Origin: Hormiphora californensis
Lineage: Eukaryota > Animalia > Ctenophora
Reading direction: 5' to 3'
Assembly (NCBI GenBank): GCA_020137815.1
Contig: CM035350.1
Location: 5,022,001-5,086,000, forward strand
Length of the DNA: 64,000 nucleotides
A model generated the notes under the pieces. The model searched no databases. It had not been told where the DNA came from and saw nothing but the letters and a program-made list of their open reading frames with translations. A program made the translations under genes and the position numbers. Shown piece by piece: positions 36,129 to 47,600 of the stretch (position 1 is its first letter; each line of letters starts with the position of its first letter).

Positions 36129-38815
36129 CGTACAACGACAATACCCATCCTATTCTCTGTGTTAATATTTAAGGTTAATTGGGGTTTGGGTTAAGTTGGG
36201 GTTAGGCCTTGACATTTCCTACCAGATAAACTTTGAATTAGCCAAAACGGTTGAGTGGTTTGGCAGATAGAGCCATTTTAGTGAATCAATTTTTTGGAAG
36301 TGTGCACCTGTAAACATGCCGCCAATCACCCAGATCCTAACGGCGCCCGTATTTTGGGGTATTCATACAAAATAACAGCCAATAGTATTTTTTGCTCACA
36401 ATTAGTTCCTATAGGACGTCCAATGCCCCCTAGGTAAGGACTATAACATATAATTCAAATCGTATTGCTATGTTTCTAGTTTGAATTAAATTATCGACGT
36501 GAATGATACAGTTTTCACACGGTCCACTTGTTAAAGGGCCGCTCTTTCTACACGATATGCTGGTGTGACACGTTATGTGACAAGTTAGTGAAATATCGGA
36601 TATGACTTGATGGCACTATTTTAAATCACTTACTTGTCATCAAGGTTCGGCCAACCTGGTGACAGATACAAAGTCTGACTTTACTACTAGAACACACAGA
36701 CAAACACACATCCTCAGCTAGAGAGAGAGAGAGAGCGAGAGAGAGAGATGATTGCTTATTATTTGTGCGGGAGCTTCTCTTCATATTTCGACATCCACTG
36801 ATGATCGTTGCCCAACTGATATAACTATAATTGCCAAAGGAGTTGGGTAATCCTTTGTTTACATACAGGCCCGTTTGTTCTTCAGGGATGAGCTAGGAAT
36901 TATGGGCATGTTGGTATGTCGTATTTCAGTTTTTATCATCGATCTCTTTTTATTGTTTTCATCTCAAACTCACAGTAACATTTGCTTTTAAGTTGCCTGT
37001 ATACATGTGTTACATATGTAACTAGATGTAATAGGTCCACCATCCTGTATGCTACACGTCCCAACCCTCCTCTTGTTGTTAGCAACTGCGGAAGCTAGGT
37101 ACCTTACTGAGCTGCAGTACCATAGGTCTATAAACCACATGGGTCCTACACATGCAGTATTAAATTTCCGGTCATAGTAATGTGTATTATGTTGTGGTAG
37201 CTTAATAGTTGCGCATGTGCCCATAACAATGCCCGACTTCTTCTTCTCTCTAGAGAATGGCAGGCGCCAAAGAACTGGTCTTCACACCATCACGATTCCT
37301 TGTATCATTGTATTAGTCATCTGTATTACATCATAATTGGTTGATATATCGACAATGACAGCAGAGCAGTTGTAAAAAAAATCTCGTAAGGAACTTTGAG
37401 TATGCTAATGTCAAAAATGCTTTTTTGTTCTCCAATCATTTCTTATATTTTAACATTTCTTCTATTTCCTCCCTTTCACTCATTTCTTTCTTTCTCAATT
37501 ATCTATTTCTCATCTTTCCTTGATTGATTGATACCCATTCTCCCTCTCTCTGGAGAGATCTCTGAGTGCTTGCTTGATCACATCAGGAAGTGCACTCTGT
37601 TACACAGATTCTACAAGTTGATCTGTAGGATACATCTTAGTTAATAACATGTACCCCTCTCTCCGCTCTCTTTCTTTAGTTGAATTCAATAGAAATATTT
37701 TTCGACCGAATTATTACCCAGCGTTTCCGCATGGCGGATAGTACAAAAACAAAAGAATGGCTGTACACTTCCGCGTCCATTATTCAAGTACAATGCCCGA
37801 GAGATATTAATTTTGAATCACCTCTTTAGGGTAAAACTTGCACTGGGGCAAAGTGGACCAAGCCAATAGTATTGCTCGATTTTTTCCCTGCCCGGGTGAA
37901 TGCCGAAGGCATTCACCCGGATGCCTTTTTACTTTGTAAAAAGGCATAGCAGGGTTAGAATTCGAAAACGACATTTTGGTATACTAACTAATCGGTAGAG
38001 GGACATTTTTTGGTCACACTTTCGTTGCGAGGGCAACGGTGTAGCAACTAGAGCCGCGCGCACAGTGACGAGCTACTCCTTCATCAAACACCTCATTGAC
38101 ACAGACCACAGTTTGATGGACGTGTGTGCGCGCGCCACTCAACAAAACATGAAATGCTCTGCCGCGCGTTTCGCGTGTTACATACACATTTTCATCTTGC
38201 GAGACGAGTGTGAGATGTTAGATAAGTAGTTAAGTTGGAATGTCAAAAGCTGGTTAGCAAGTGTCATGTGATTGGGAGTTAGCTAACTCTAAGCTATGTG
38301 AGAACTGAGAAGTATACTGACAGCTAGATCGTATGCATCTCACATTACATTATGACCAAGCCTTGATCCTGTTGGCAGTGACAATGTCACTGACATGTGA
38401 AACGGTAGGGCAGGGAAACACAGCATTATGAATACATAATGCAATAATTCTTGTTATCACGTGCCTGGTGTCGCGTCGTTAGAATTTTTTGGCATTTGAG
38501 GGAACTAAGGAGTGAATAATAATTATGATTTCTCGCTGAAAGATAGAATACATGATTGTATGAGTACGAAATAGCCGTTATATAGTGTTTCAACAGGTAT
38601 CAAATCATAAAGCAACAAGTAGATTTGTACAGCATTTCAGGATATGTCAAGTTATTTTCACTCTTCTCTCTCTCTCTCTCAAAACTCAATCTGTAGATAA
38701 AATATACACATTATAGACCGGATAAATCTATCTCACTTTCACACATCTCCAAAAGAATATCAAGTCCTTGTAATATCCCGGTTTAGTTTGTTGTTGTTTG
38801 TTGTTGTTGTTACTC

Positions 38816-38885
38816 ACTCAACAAGTTGTTACTCAACAAGTTGTCACTCAACAAGTTGTTACTCAACAAGTTGTTACTCAACAAG
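38816..38885. repeat. 15-bp tandem repeat directly 3' of the NDPK stop
   Basis: actcaacaagttgtt, about 4.7 copies. Confidence 0.9.
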
Positions 38886-38890
38886 GTTTA

Positions 38891-39346
38891 TTAGTACACA
38901 TGTGCATTCGCTGTCATCTCATAATCCATGACCTCGTCATCCCTGAACCACATCTTAATCTCTTCATTTGCACTGTCAACACTATCAGACCCGTGACAGA
39001 TGTTCCTACACATATCAATACAATAGTCTCCCCTGATAGAACCAGGTTTGGAGGCGAGAGGGTTAGTTTCACCCAGCATTGCACGACCCTGTTTCACAGC
39101 ATCTTTACCCTTCCAAGCCATTGAGACAACAGGGCCACTAGTCATAAAGTTGATCAGACCGGGGAAGAAAGGTTTCTTTTTCAGATCTCCGTAATGTTCC
39201 TCCAGCAACTCTCGGCTAGCCATCCTCATCTTAAGGGCAGTCAGCTGATAACCCCTCTTTTCAAACCTGGATATAATGTCCCCGACTAGTCCCCGCTGGA
39301 CCCCATCAGGTTTAACCATGATATACGTTTGTTCGTTGTTACTCAT
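38891..39346 (-). CDS. NME1: Nucleoside diphosphate kinase, group I (151 aa, intronless CDS)
   Basis: [39 protein letters not shown] with the catalytic His intact. The upstream 46 aa in the ORF track are probably not real. The symbol denotes the NME1/2 family. Confidence 0.95.
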   Translation of the reverse strand: MSNNEQTYIMVKPDGVQRGLVGDIISRFEKRGYQLTALKMRMASRELLEEHYGDLKKKPFFPGLINFMTSGPVVSMAWKGKDAVKQGRAMLGETNPLASKPGSIRGDYCIDMCRNICHGSDSVDSANEEIKMWFRDDEVMDYEMTANAHVY

Positions 39347-40325
39347 CCCTGCATGAGATGCTGTTGCTAGAATGGAGGGTTGAGTTGTGAGGGATAGCAG
39401 GGCCAGGTTGTGTGATGTGTAGAGGGAGGCACACCAGTCATCAATAAGCGTGAACACCAAACGTTCTGGTATTCGCATATACAAGCAAAGAGGGAGATGA
39501 GAGAGAGAGAGAGAGAGAGCAAAGGTAAAACGGCAAACAGCAAATAAATGTGAGGAGTAGTGGGATATTGTGTGTGTGTGCGGGCTTTCACATGCAGGAA
39601 AAGTCTATCAGTGAACAAATAGAGCTTCCTACTACTGCTGCGGGATACTTCAAACGAAGAAGTGATGATAACGCTTAAATCTCAATATTGAAATTCTTTC
39701 TAGAACCATCTCTAACACCAGATTTGGTTCCAAGGAACTCCCACTGCCGTGTGCCAACACTGCACTTATCGTGTGGAAAATTAGGCAGTGTTCTAACCCT
39801 ACAAAGACAGACCCGAACACCTTATAAGTGAGCTATGCTCAAGACAATGACGCCTACGACAGACGGATACAACAGTACCACCTGAGCCAGGCGCCTTCGG
39901 GGCGCAGAGCGAGGTACAGTCGAACCAAACCAAACAAAACTTTTCTATCCGGCATTCACCCGGGCGGGGAAAATAGTGAGGTAGATACTGCAGGTGATTA
40001 TAATTCTCACCAGCAAATAGATCGAAAGCACGTGTGGGTATTTCACTGATTCTCTCATTACTGTGTACTGTAAACATGTACAGGTGCCCCTCTCTCGAAT
40101 TCTCTACAATCTTCGTCATGGCTTTCAGTTTCCACCCCCTTCTTTTCAATATCAATCATGCCTACAAAGAGGTAGTGTTCTTTTCACGTTCTTCAGTTTC
40201 TCTCTAACTCTTGTTTTCCTCTTGATCATTTCCTTTTGTTTCGCATCTCTCATCTACACCTTTGTTTAGCCATAAACTAAGAGACTCTAAATAGTCTTTC
40301 TCTCCCTCCTTCTCTCTCAGCTTCC

Positions 40326-40361
<36 letters not shown>

Positions 40362-42328
40362 CACAAAATCTAACAAGAAAACTCACAGGTGTGTTCTACC
40401 TGAGCAGAACTCATAATAATTCCCCCCGAGCTTTGCCACGTAGCATGTATAACAGGCCAACTGCGTTGTAACTCGTACACATGAGAGAGAGGGAGAGAGG
40501 CATGCAACTGCCCATTCCTCACTATAACACTTGCCATGTAGCCTGCATGCCCCACATGCGGTAGTTCGGTACTAAAATCAGTGTGCTAATTAGCGGAGTT
40601 GTGTCGAACATTCCAAGAGGGCAGTTTTTACAATGTTATAGTTTTTACAGTGTCTGGAGAGAGTTGGCCGAGAGAGAGAGTAATAGTGAGAAAATAAGAG
40701 AGGTGAGAGAGCGAGGTTGTAATTTATTTGATTCCACTGCTACTCTTCCCCCTTACTCAACAAACTGCTACTGGATAGTTGTGAATTGCAGTCTAGCTTA
40801 GCAAGCTGGATAGATAGAAACGCGTTTAATCGTTATTTATTTGTTATTTGTCTTTCCCGGAACTGTAGAGGAGAAACTTAGTACATATTATAGTGTAATT
40901 GTTTCAATATTTTATCCTATATCCGACCAATTGATCAGTACCAGTTTGCATATATTTACAGTATGCTGTATGCAAACTTGTCAACATGTTTGTATGCACT
41001 TTGTCAGGCAAGAAATGCTGTGTCAGATATTAGAAACAGCTCCTCTGCACTTCTGCTCCAGCTGTTCATGACGATTTCAGCGAGCACATTAGGAAGCTCA
41101 TAAAGGCCGTTATAGTGTTGATACTTGATTGACAAATACCAGCCTCGTGATGAGTCGGTGGTGGCAACCCGAGCTTGTGTTATTAGTTAAATGTCGTGTT
41201 TAGTCAGTGTGCACAACGTGCAGCACGGAGGATATTGAGACTTGAGAGGGAAATGAGAGATCTCTAGTATCAAATACCTCTAAAGATCACTTGCAACATT
41301 TTATGGCAAACTGCCATCGGCAAGTTACTATATATTCCAATACTTTGCATGTTTAGTAGTAGCTGCTGTATAATTCACATTTGCTGTATAATTCACATTT
41401 GCTACCAAGTCGATTCCCGTACAAGTCAGTCATGGGGTGTTGTTTTTCATCCTTATTTTGAAGGGGAAGCTGGGGTCACGAATCTATAATGGTTCTTGAT
41501 TTATAATGTTTGTATGAGATTTAGACAAAGCAGGGTTGTGTTAGTGGGAGGTATATAAGACTCTATACAGAGAGACTCCATCAATGTGTGAAGCTTTGGT
41601 TCTTTAGCATATTACCGTTCTTTGGTCTTCGCTGGCACACTTTCTCATGCTGTTATTGCCCACTATAGTCAATATATTGAGTGATAATGTATGGCTGAGA
41701 ATATAGCGAGAGATATAGATAGAGTCTGAGAACTGCACATCGAGGGGTATAGATCCTCACATATAGGCACAGCGAGGGAGGGCTATTTGACTAAAAACGT
41801 TTTTCAGTTTATCAACAGTTTATATCGGTTCTTCTCTTTGTCGAGACACGGAGACAATGCTATAATTGCTTCTACTGTTACTTCTACAGAGTCGCTGCAC
41901 CAATTGAAGTAGATAGAAATAGAAAGAGAGCGAGGGAGGGAGTTGAGTAATTAAACCGAGCTAATGATTTATAGTGTGGTCACTGGTCAGGGACCAATAG
42001 TCACCACAAAGGCTCTTAGCGGCAGAAACCATTTAGAGGGAGTTATACTAGCCAGTAGATAACAGCCATTATATAGGCGTGCACTACAAGAATTAGTGAA
42101 TAGAGCTAATGACTGGGTGAAAATGAAATGAATCCTCGCCTTGTTTATTCATTGTATTCATTATTTAGTTCTTTGTGTTGGTTAGATCTTCCATAACGAT
42201 TCATATTATAGTCATGAATCATGATTTTATCTTTCTCTGTAATTATACTAGTATTATTCCTCAACCAATACAACCCGATATAGGGTAGTGTACTAAGTAC
42301 ATGGCAAGGCACGTGGACATAGGGTATT

Positions 42329-42381
<53 letters not shown>

Positions 42382-42539
42382 AGAGAGTGTGTGTGACAGA
42401 GAGAGAGAGAGGGAGACTCGATAACTAGCAGGAGCAGAGACATGATTTGAATCGCTAACAGATATCGCTGAGCGCATAAGAGCCGACTGAGATAGTTACT
42501 TCGTACGACAGCAAGCACTGCACGTGGACATAGGGATGC

Positions 42540-42582
<43 letters not shown>

Positions 42583-42605
42583 CAGAGAGAGACAGAGAGA
42601 TAGAC

Positions 42606-42656
<51 letters not shown>

Positions 42657-42844
42657 GAGAGAGAGAGAGAAAGAAGTGTGTGAGAGTGTGTGTGTGTGAG
42701 AGAGAGAAAGAGTTTAATTTCGCGGGGCACGTGGTAGCTCGACCGCCAGCTCTTGGACAATGTAATTGTGGTATCATCCCTAGACTATGTGTGGTTTGTA
42801 TCCCAATGATAATTCATATTTGTAATTGCTGTGTTTTGAAGCTA

Positions 42845-43278
42845 CCTTATTACCGCTATATAACGGAACCTCCTATTAGCGTACCTTTAATTAACGAACC
42901 TTTAATTAACGAAAATCGGTTTGGGTTAGCAAATTTTGACAAAAAGCACAAATACTGGGTTAAAATGGTAATTATGTTCCTATTGAGATATCAAGAATAA
43001 TATTCTTTGCAATTGAGCACGATTGTGAATTTGATGCATTTCAGTCACCATTGGTTCAGGGAGGGTTGGAAATTAAGGTCCTTTTTACTGTAAATGGACA
43101 GAACATGGGCTTGCCTCATTACAAACTATAATTACTGAAAAGTATTGACCCGTATGATCGACAATTTTTAATTAAAGGAACATTAATTTAGCGGAACCCT
43201 AAATTAACGATACCTAAAATTAACGACATTTTTACTGATTTCGTTAATTAAAGGTTCCGTTATATATCGGTAATAAGG
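42845..43278. mobile_element. MITE with TA flanks
   Basis: TIR ccttattaccgctatataacggaacct / aggttccgttatatatcggtaataagg. Confidence 0.8.
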
Positions 43279-44673
43279 TAAGCAACTTCTTAAATCGGAT
43301 TTTTGAAGCCCCCCCCCCCTTCTCGTGCGCTCGTTTTTTTGTGCGCCTAAATTGATAGGTCAAAATTGTTGCGTGTAGGTTTGGCGATGATAACGTGTCC
43401 ACTGTCCTGCATGTAATACCGACTTCTACGATATATGCGAGGAGTGAGGGGCTTTAATTGTTTTTGAGGTTTGTCCATGTCGAATGTCAATTGTCTATGC
43501 TAAGTGCTGCCGCCTGACATGATAAAGTGAAGATATACAGACAGTTATACCCACTATAACAGTACACACATAACAGCCCTGTCTGAGTTAGTTTACTTTT
43601 TATAGTGAAATAATAATCTCTCAGGCAGTATGTGCGTATAACCTAATTTTTCTAATATACTAGAATTAGTGGTCTACCGGTTACAGGGAAGATATTTCAG
43701 AATCTCTAAGACCTCCAGTAACTTGTACTTTTCAGTTGAATATGTCACATTATATATAGTTAGTAAAGTCTTTGCGGTGTTCCTATATTTTCATTAGCTG
43801 CATTAATAGCAAAATATCCAGTTACATAGCAGCAGCTGTACAGTATTTATGTTGCTGTAATACAGGAATTATAAAATATATATTCTTTTCTAATCGATAG
43901 CAGCTGCAGCCCAGTCGCAAGGTCTTTGTCCCGTGATTATGTTTGTGAAATGATAAATGATTTTATTTTCAACATAACAAAGATGAAAAATTATTATGTA
44001 TTTAATACAGTCCGGAGAAAACTATATTTGCCAACGTTTTATAGCTCGTTTTGGCTGTTTTAAGCATCTCATTGGCTGCTGTGTATCTCATTCGGGGTGA
44101 TATATTGATATGGACCACCATGGTTTGCCCCGTTATACTGTATCACACAAGACATGGAAATGTTGCTACCGCCAATAGTTGTTCAGAGGAACTTTATATC
44201 ATATTCACGTGTTGGAACTGATATTGAAACAGCTGAGATGGTTGTGTGTTGTCCCCCTCATCGGGTATATGTTGTCTCCAGATCTGCTGGACTGATATCA
44301 TGGTGCCAATAACAACTTATTCATTCTTTACCGCCTGTTCCAGGGCACTCCCTCAACTGGAGCAACATTCCGTAATTGTTATTATTTTGGCCCTCTTGAC
44401 TCGAAATCTCGACCCAATGCGGCTTCAACCCGTGCAGTAGTTTTCTCAATCAGCAAAGACATTATCTTTGTATCCCTCTGAACTCCCGCTGCAATTGTGC
44501 AATCTTCAATATGTCTCTTTCTTCTTTTCTGTCTTTGCGGTTTTTTTCGGACTTGTCCCACCAGGGGGCATTGGTCACAATCATTAGAAATTTACTGTCC
44601 ACTAGCTCGAATATGTGTTTCGACACGTCAACTTCTATTCACATAAACCTCCTTGTTTTAGCAACAAGTCATC

Positions 44674-47600
44674 ATGGGTAATTCAAGTGAAGCGAAGGCA
44701 TGTAACTCAGGGGAGTCATTTGAGGGGCTCAACATAACGAATATGTGTGACCGGGAATTAATTGATGTCCTAATCATGACGCTCATGTATCTGTTCATTG
44801 TCATTATCGGGTTAATCAGTAATGGATCCGTTATCCTGGCATCTATATTTGAAAGGTGAGCATCATGTTGTTATGGTAACCATATAGAAGTCATATGAGT
44901 TACATGATTTGTGTGTGACTGAGTTGTCCTGTAATTGTCGTTAGGATAACTAGGGGCATTTGTTACACTTTCCATATTTGGCTATTTCAGGCCATTATGA
45001 AAGAGCCCAAAGGTAAAACCACAATGGTCCATCCCATTACCAAGTGATTATATATTCCAGGTGGAAAGAGATTGATCAGTTTACGTTTGTAATGGCAGTA
45101 TCCCAAGCATTCTGTCACTTCCTCTTTGCCCTCCTTATCTACCCCATGGGCCTTGTCAGTGTACTCCAAAAATCAGGATGGACGTTAGGATCCTCGTGGT
45201 GAGTACATGCCCATATATGGTGGTTTAGTATGTCACGTGATGCCCGTATATAGTAATTGCTGCTGGTCATGTTTGTGTGTCGCACGTCCTGCAGCAGTTA
45301 GTATAGTAAGGCTTCATGTCTCTTTTTGATGCCTGCTCTAATGGTCTTGGCGCATGTCCTGAGCTGTGATGGACTCTCAAAATGACCTGTCAGGATACAC
45401 ACACAGACACAGACACTCCAGGTCTGTCCACAACATGATGACAGACACTCCAGGTAGACCACAACACGATGACAGACAGTGTTGAGAGAGTTCATGCTGC
45501 ACAGATCATGCTGCTCAGTGGCTATACCGTAGTACTACCAAACCAAACCAAACCAAACCACAGATCATGAAGAGAGTTGAACGTGACAACATTAAAAATA
45601 TAATCAGCTTGATTTACTGTCTACTACCGGCTTCCTTCTATCCCTGACAACCTTCTATCATGATATATCACTGACACCCTTCTATATCTCTAACACCAGC
45701 TTCTATAACTAACACCAGCTTCTATCACTAACACCCTTCTATCTCTAACACCCTTCTATATCCCTGACACCCTCCTATCACTAACACCCTTCTATCACTA
45801 ACACCCTCCTATCACTAACACCCTTCTATATCCCTGACACCCTCCTATCACTAACACCCTTCTATCACTAACACCCTCCTATCACTAACACCCTTCTATC
45901 CCCGACACCCTTCTATATCACTAACACCCTTCTATTACTAACCCCCCTTCTATCACTAACACCCTTCTATATCACTTACACCCTTCTATATTACTAACAC
46001 CCTTCTATATCACTAACACCCTTCTATAACTAACACCCTTCTATCATTAACACCCTTCTATCCGTGTCTCTATCTGCAGGTGTTGGCAGACGGCTCTACT
46101 TGGCAGTTACTTTGAGATCATGTACATTCTCCACATTATAATGCTGGGAGCTGATATTATCATTGGAAGATTCACAAAACTCAAGGACAGAGTCTTTGTA
46201 GCCCTCAGTAAGCAGGTCAGTTCATTTAGTGAGAGTTTTGTTGTTTATCATGAGCATCGCGTGGCACTGTATGCAGGCACTTCAAGCTCCGTTATGGGAG
46301 GTTACACAGGGCTGTGACTGGAAGTTCCTTTCTGTGCAACATGTGTCTAATAATTTTTTACCCTTTTCAATATGTCCCCTGCAGGTGGCTCTATTCCTAT
46401 GGCTGGTGGCCCTTCTGCCCCAGATATTTGTGGCGCTGAACCGGAGTCGGTCCAACAATGTCTTTGGGTATTTCGAGGACACCAGCGGCAACAAGATGTG
46501 TTACGCTACCTATATGTACCCTGACTGGAATGTATGTGACAGACAAACAAAGAATTTAGAGAAGATGGTTGTGTACCATCATGATAGTCTCAAGATTCTC
46601 TTTGGGATCTTGCCAAGACTTCGGCTCATTTTGCTTGATGAGCGGCAGGAATATTTCTGCAGTTTTTGTGGTATTGGCCTATTTTTACCGGGACCAACAG
46701 TGAACATTGATTTAAATTAATTGAGTGAAAAAGGGTTACATGAACAAAGAGAATGAATGAAGAATTGAGAGAATAAATGATAGAGGGGATAAATAAAAGA
46801 TAGAGAGGGGATATAGAAAAGAGATTACGGGTTCTTATGAATAGCCACACTTGCACATTATATACACAATAAAACAGTGCCAAATTCCTCGCACTGTATG
46901 CTGTTTTTACCATCACCCATTGTAACCGCGATATAATTGATAAACTAATATTATTTCAGCACTGTAACAGCCGTGTTAATTGATTTATTGATCCCCCCTC
47001 TCTCTTCAGGAATTTGGAAAGTACGTTGCGATATTCATCTTCATTCCAGTTGCGTGCAGTGTTACCCAATACGTCTTCCTTCTTTACCGATCTAACAAGA
47101 AAAATGTAAGAATTAACTACATATGTAACAGGAACCGACCGAATCAGGAAATACTGGTCCTTGATTGGCTGATAACCAGTCACGTGACCTAAATAACGAG
47201 TTCTGATTGGTTGTTTACTTGTTTCGGTCGGTTCTTGATATGTAATGTGTCAATTGTAAATATATCTTCCCAGCTCGTATTATAGGTGTGTTTGTGTATG
47301 TGTGTCTGTACAACTTCGTTTTTTTTTCAGTGATAGATGGTATATTGAGGGGTACAAACAATTGATAATTAGGGTAGCCACTGGCTATTTGAAACAGTTT
47401 TTCACTTTTTTCCCTTGCCTGCCCACAAATCAAGTCGAACCCAAATTTTTTTGACCTTGTGTTACCGAGACAGTCCCTGGGTAGTTTTTTGGGTGGTTGG
47501 AGATGTCTCATTTTGTCTTCCGGGGCCAGGGTCACGTGATATCTATCCAAATTTGGTGTTTCAGATAGCCCACCTCGGTCTGCTAATTTGAAACACCCGT

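Noticed and set aside
39347-39484. 46-aa N-terminal extension of NDPK
   Set aside because: It starts at a non-ATG codon and runs over likely intron or outron sequence with AG acceptors just upstream of the canonical Met.
39828-40049. 73-aa plus-strand ORF divergent from NDPK
   Set aside because: The composition looks coding-like, but it has a GTG start, no recognisable domain and no supported splice partners.
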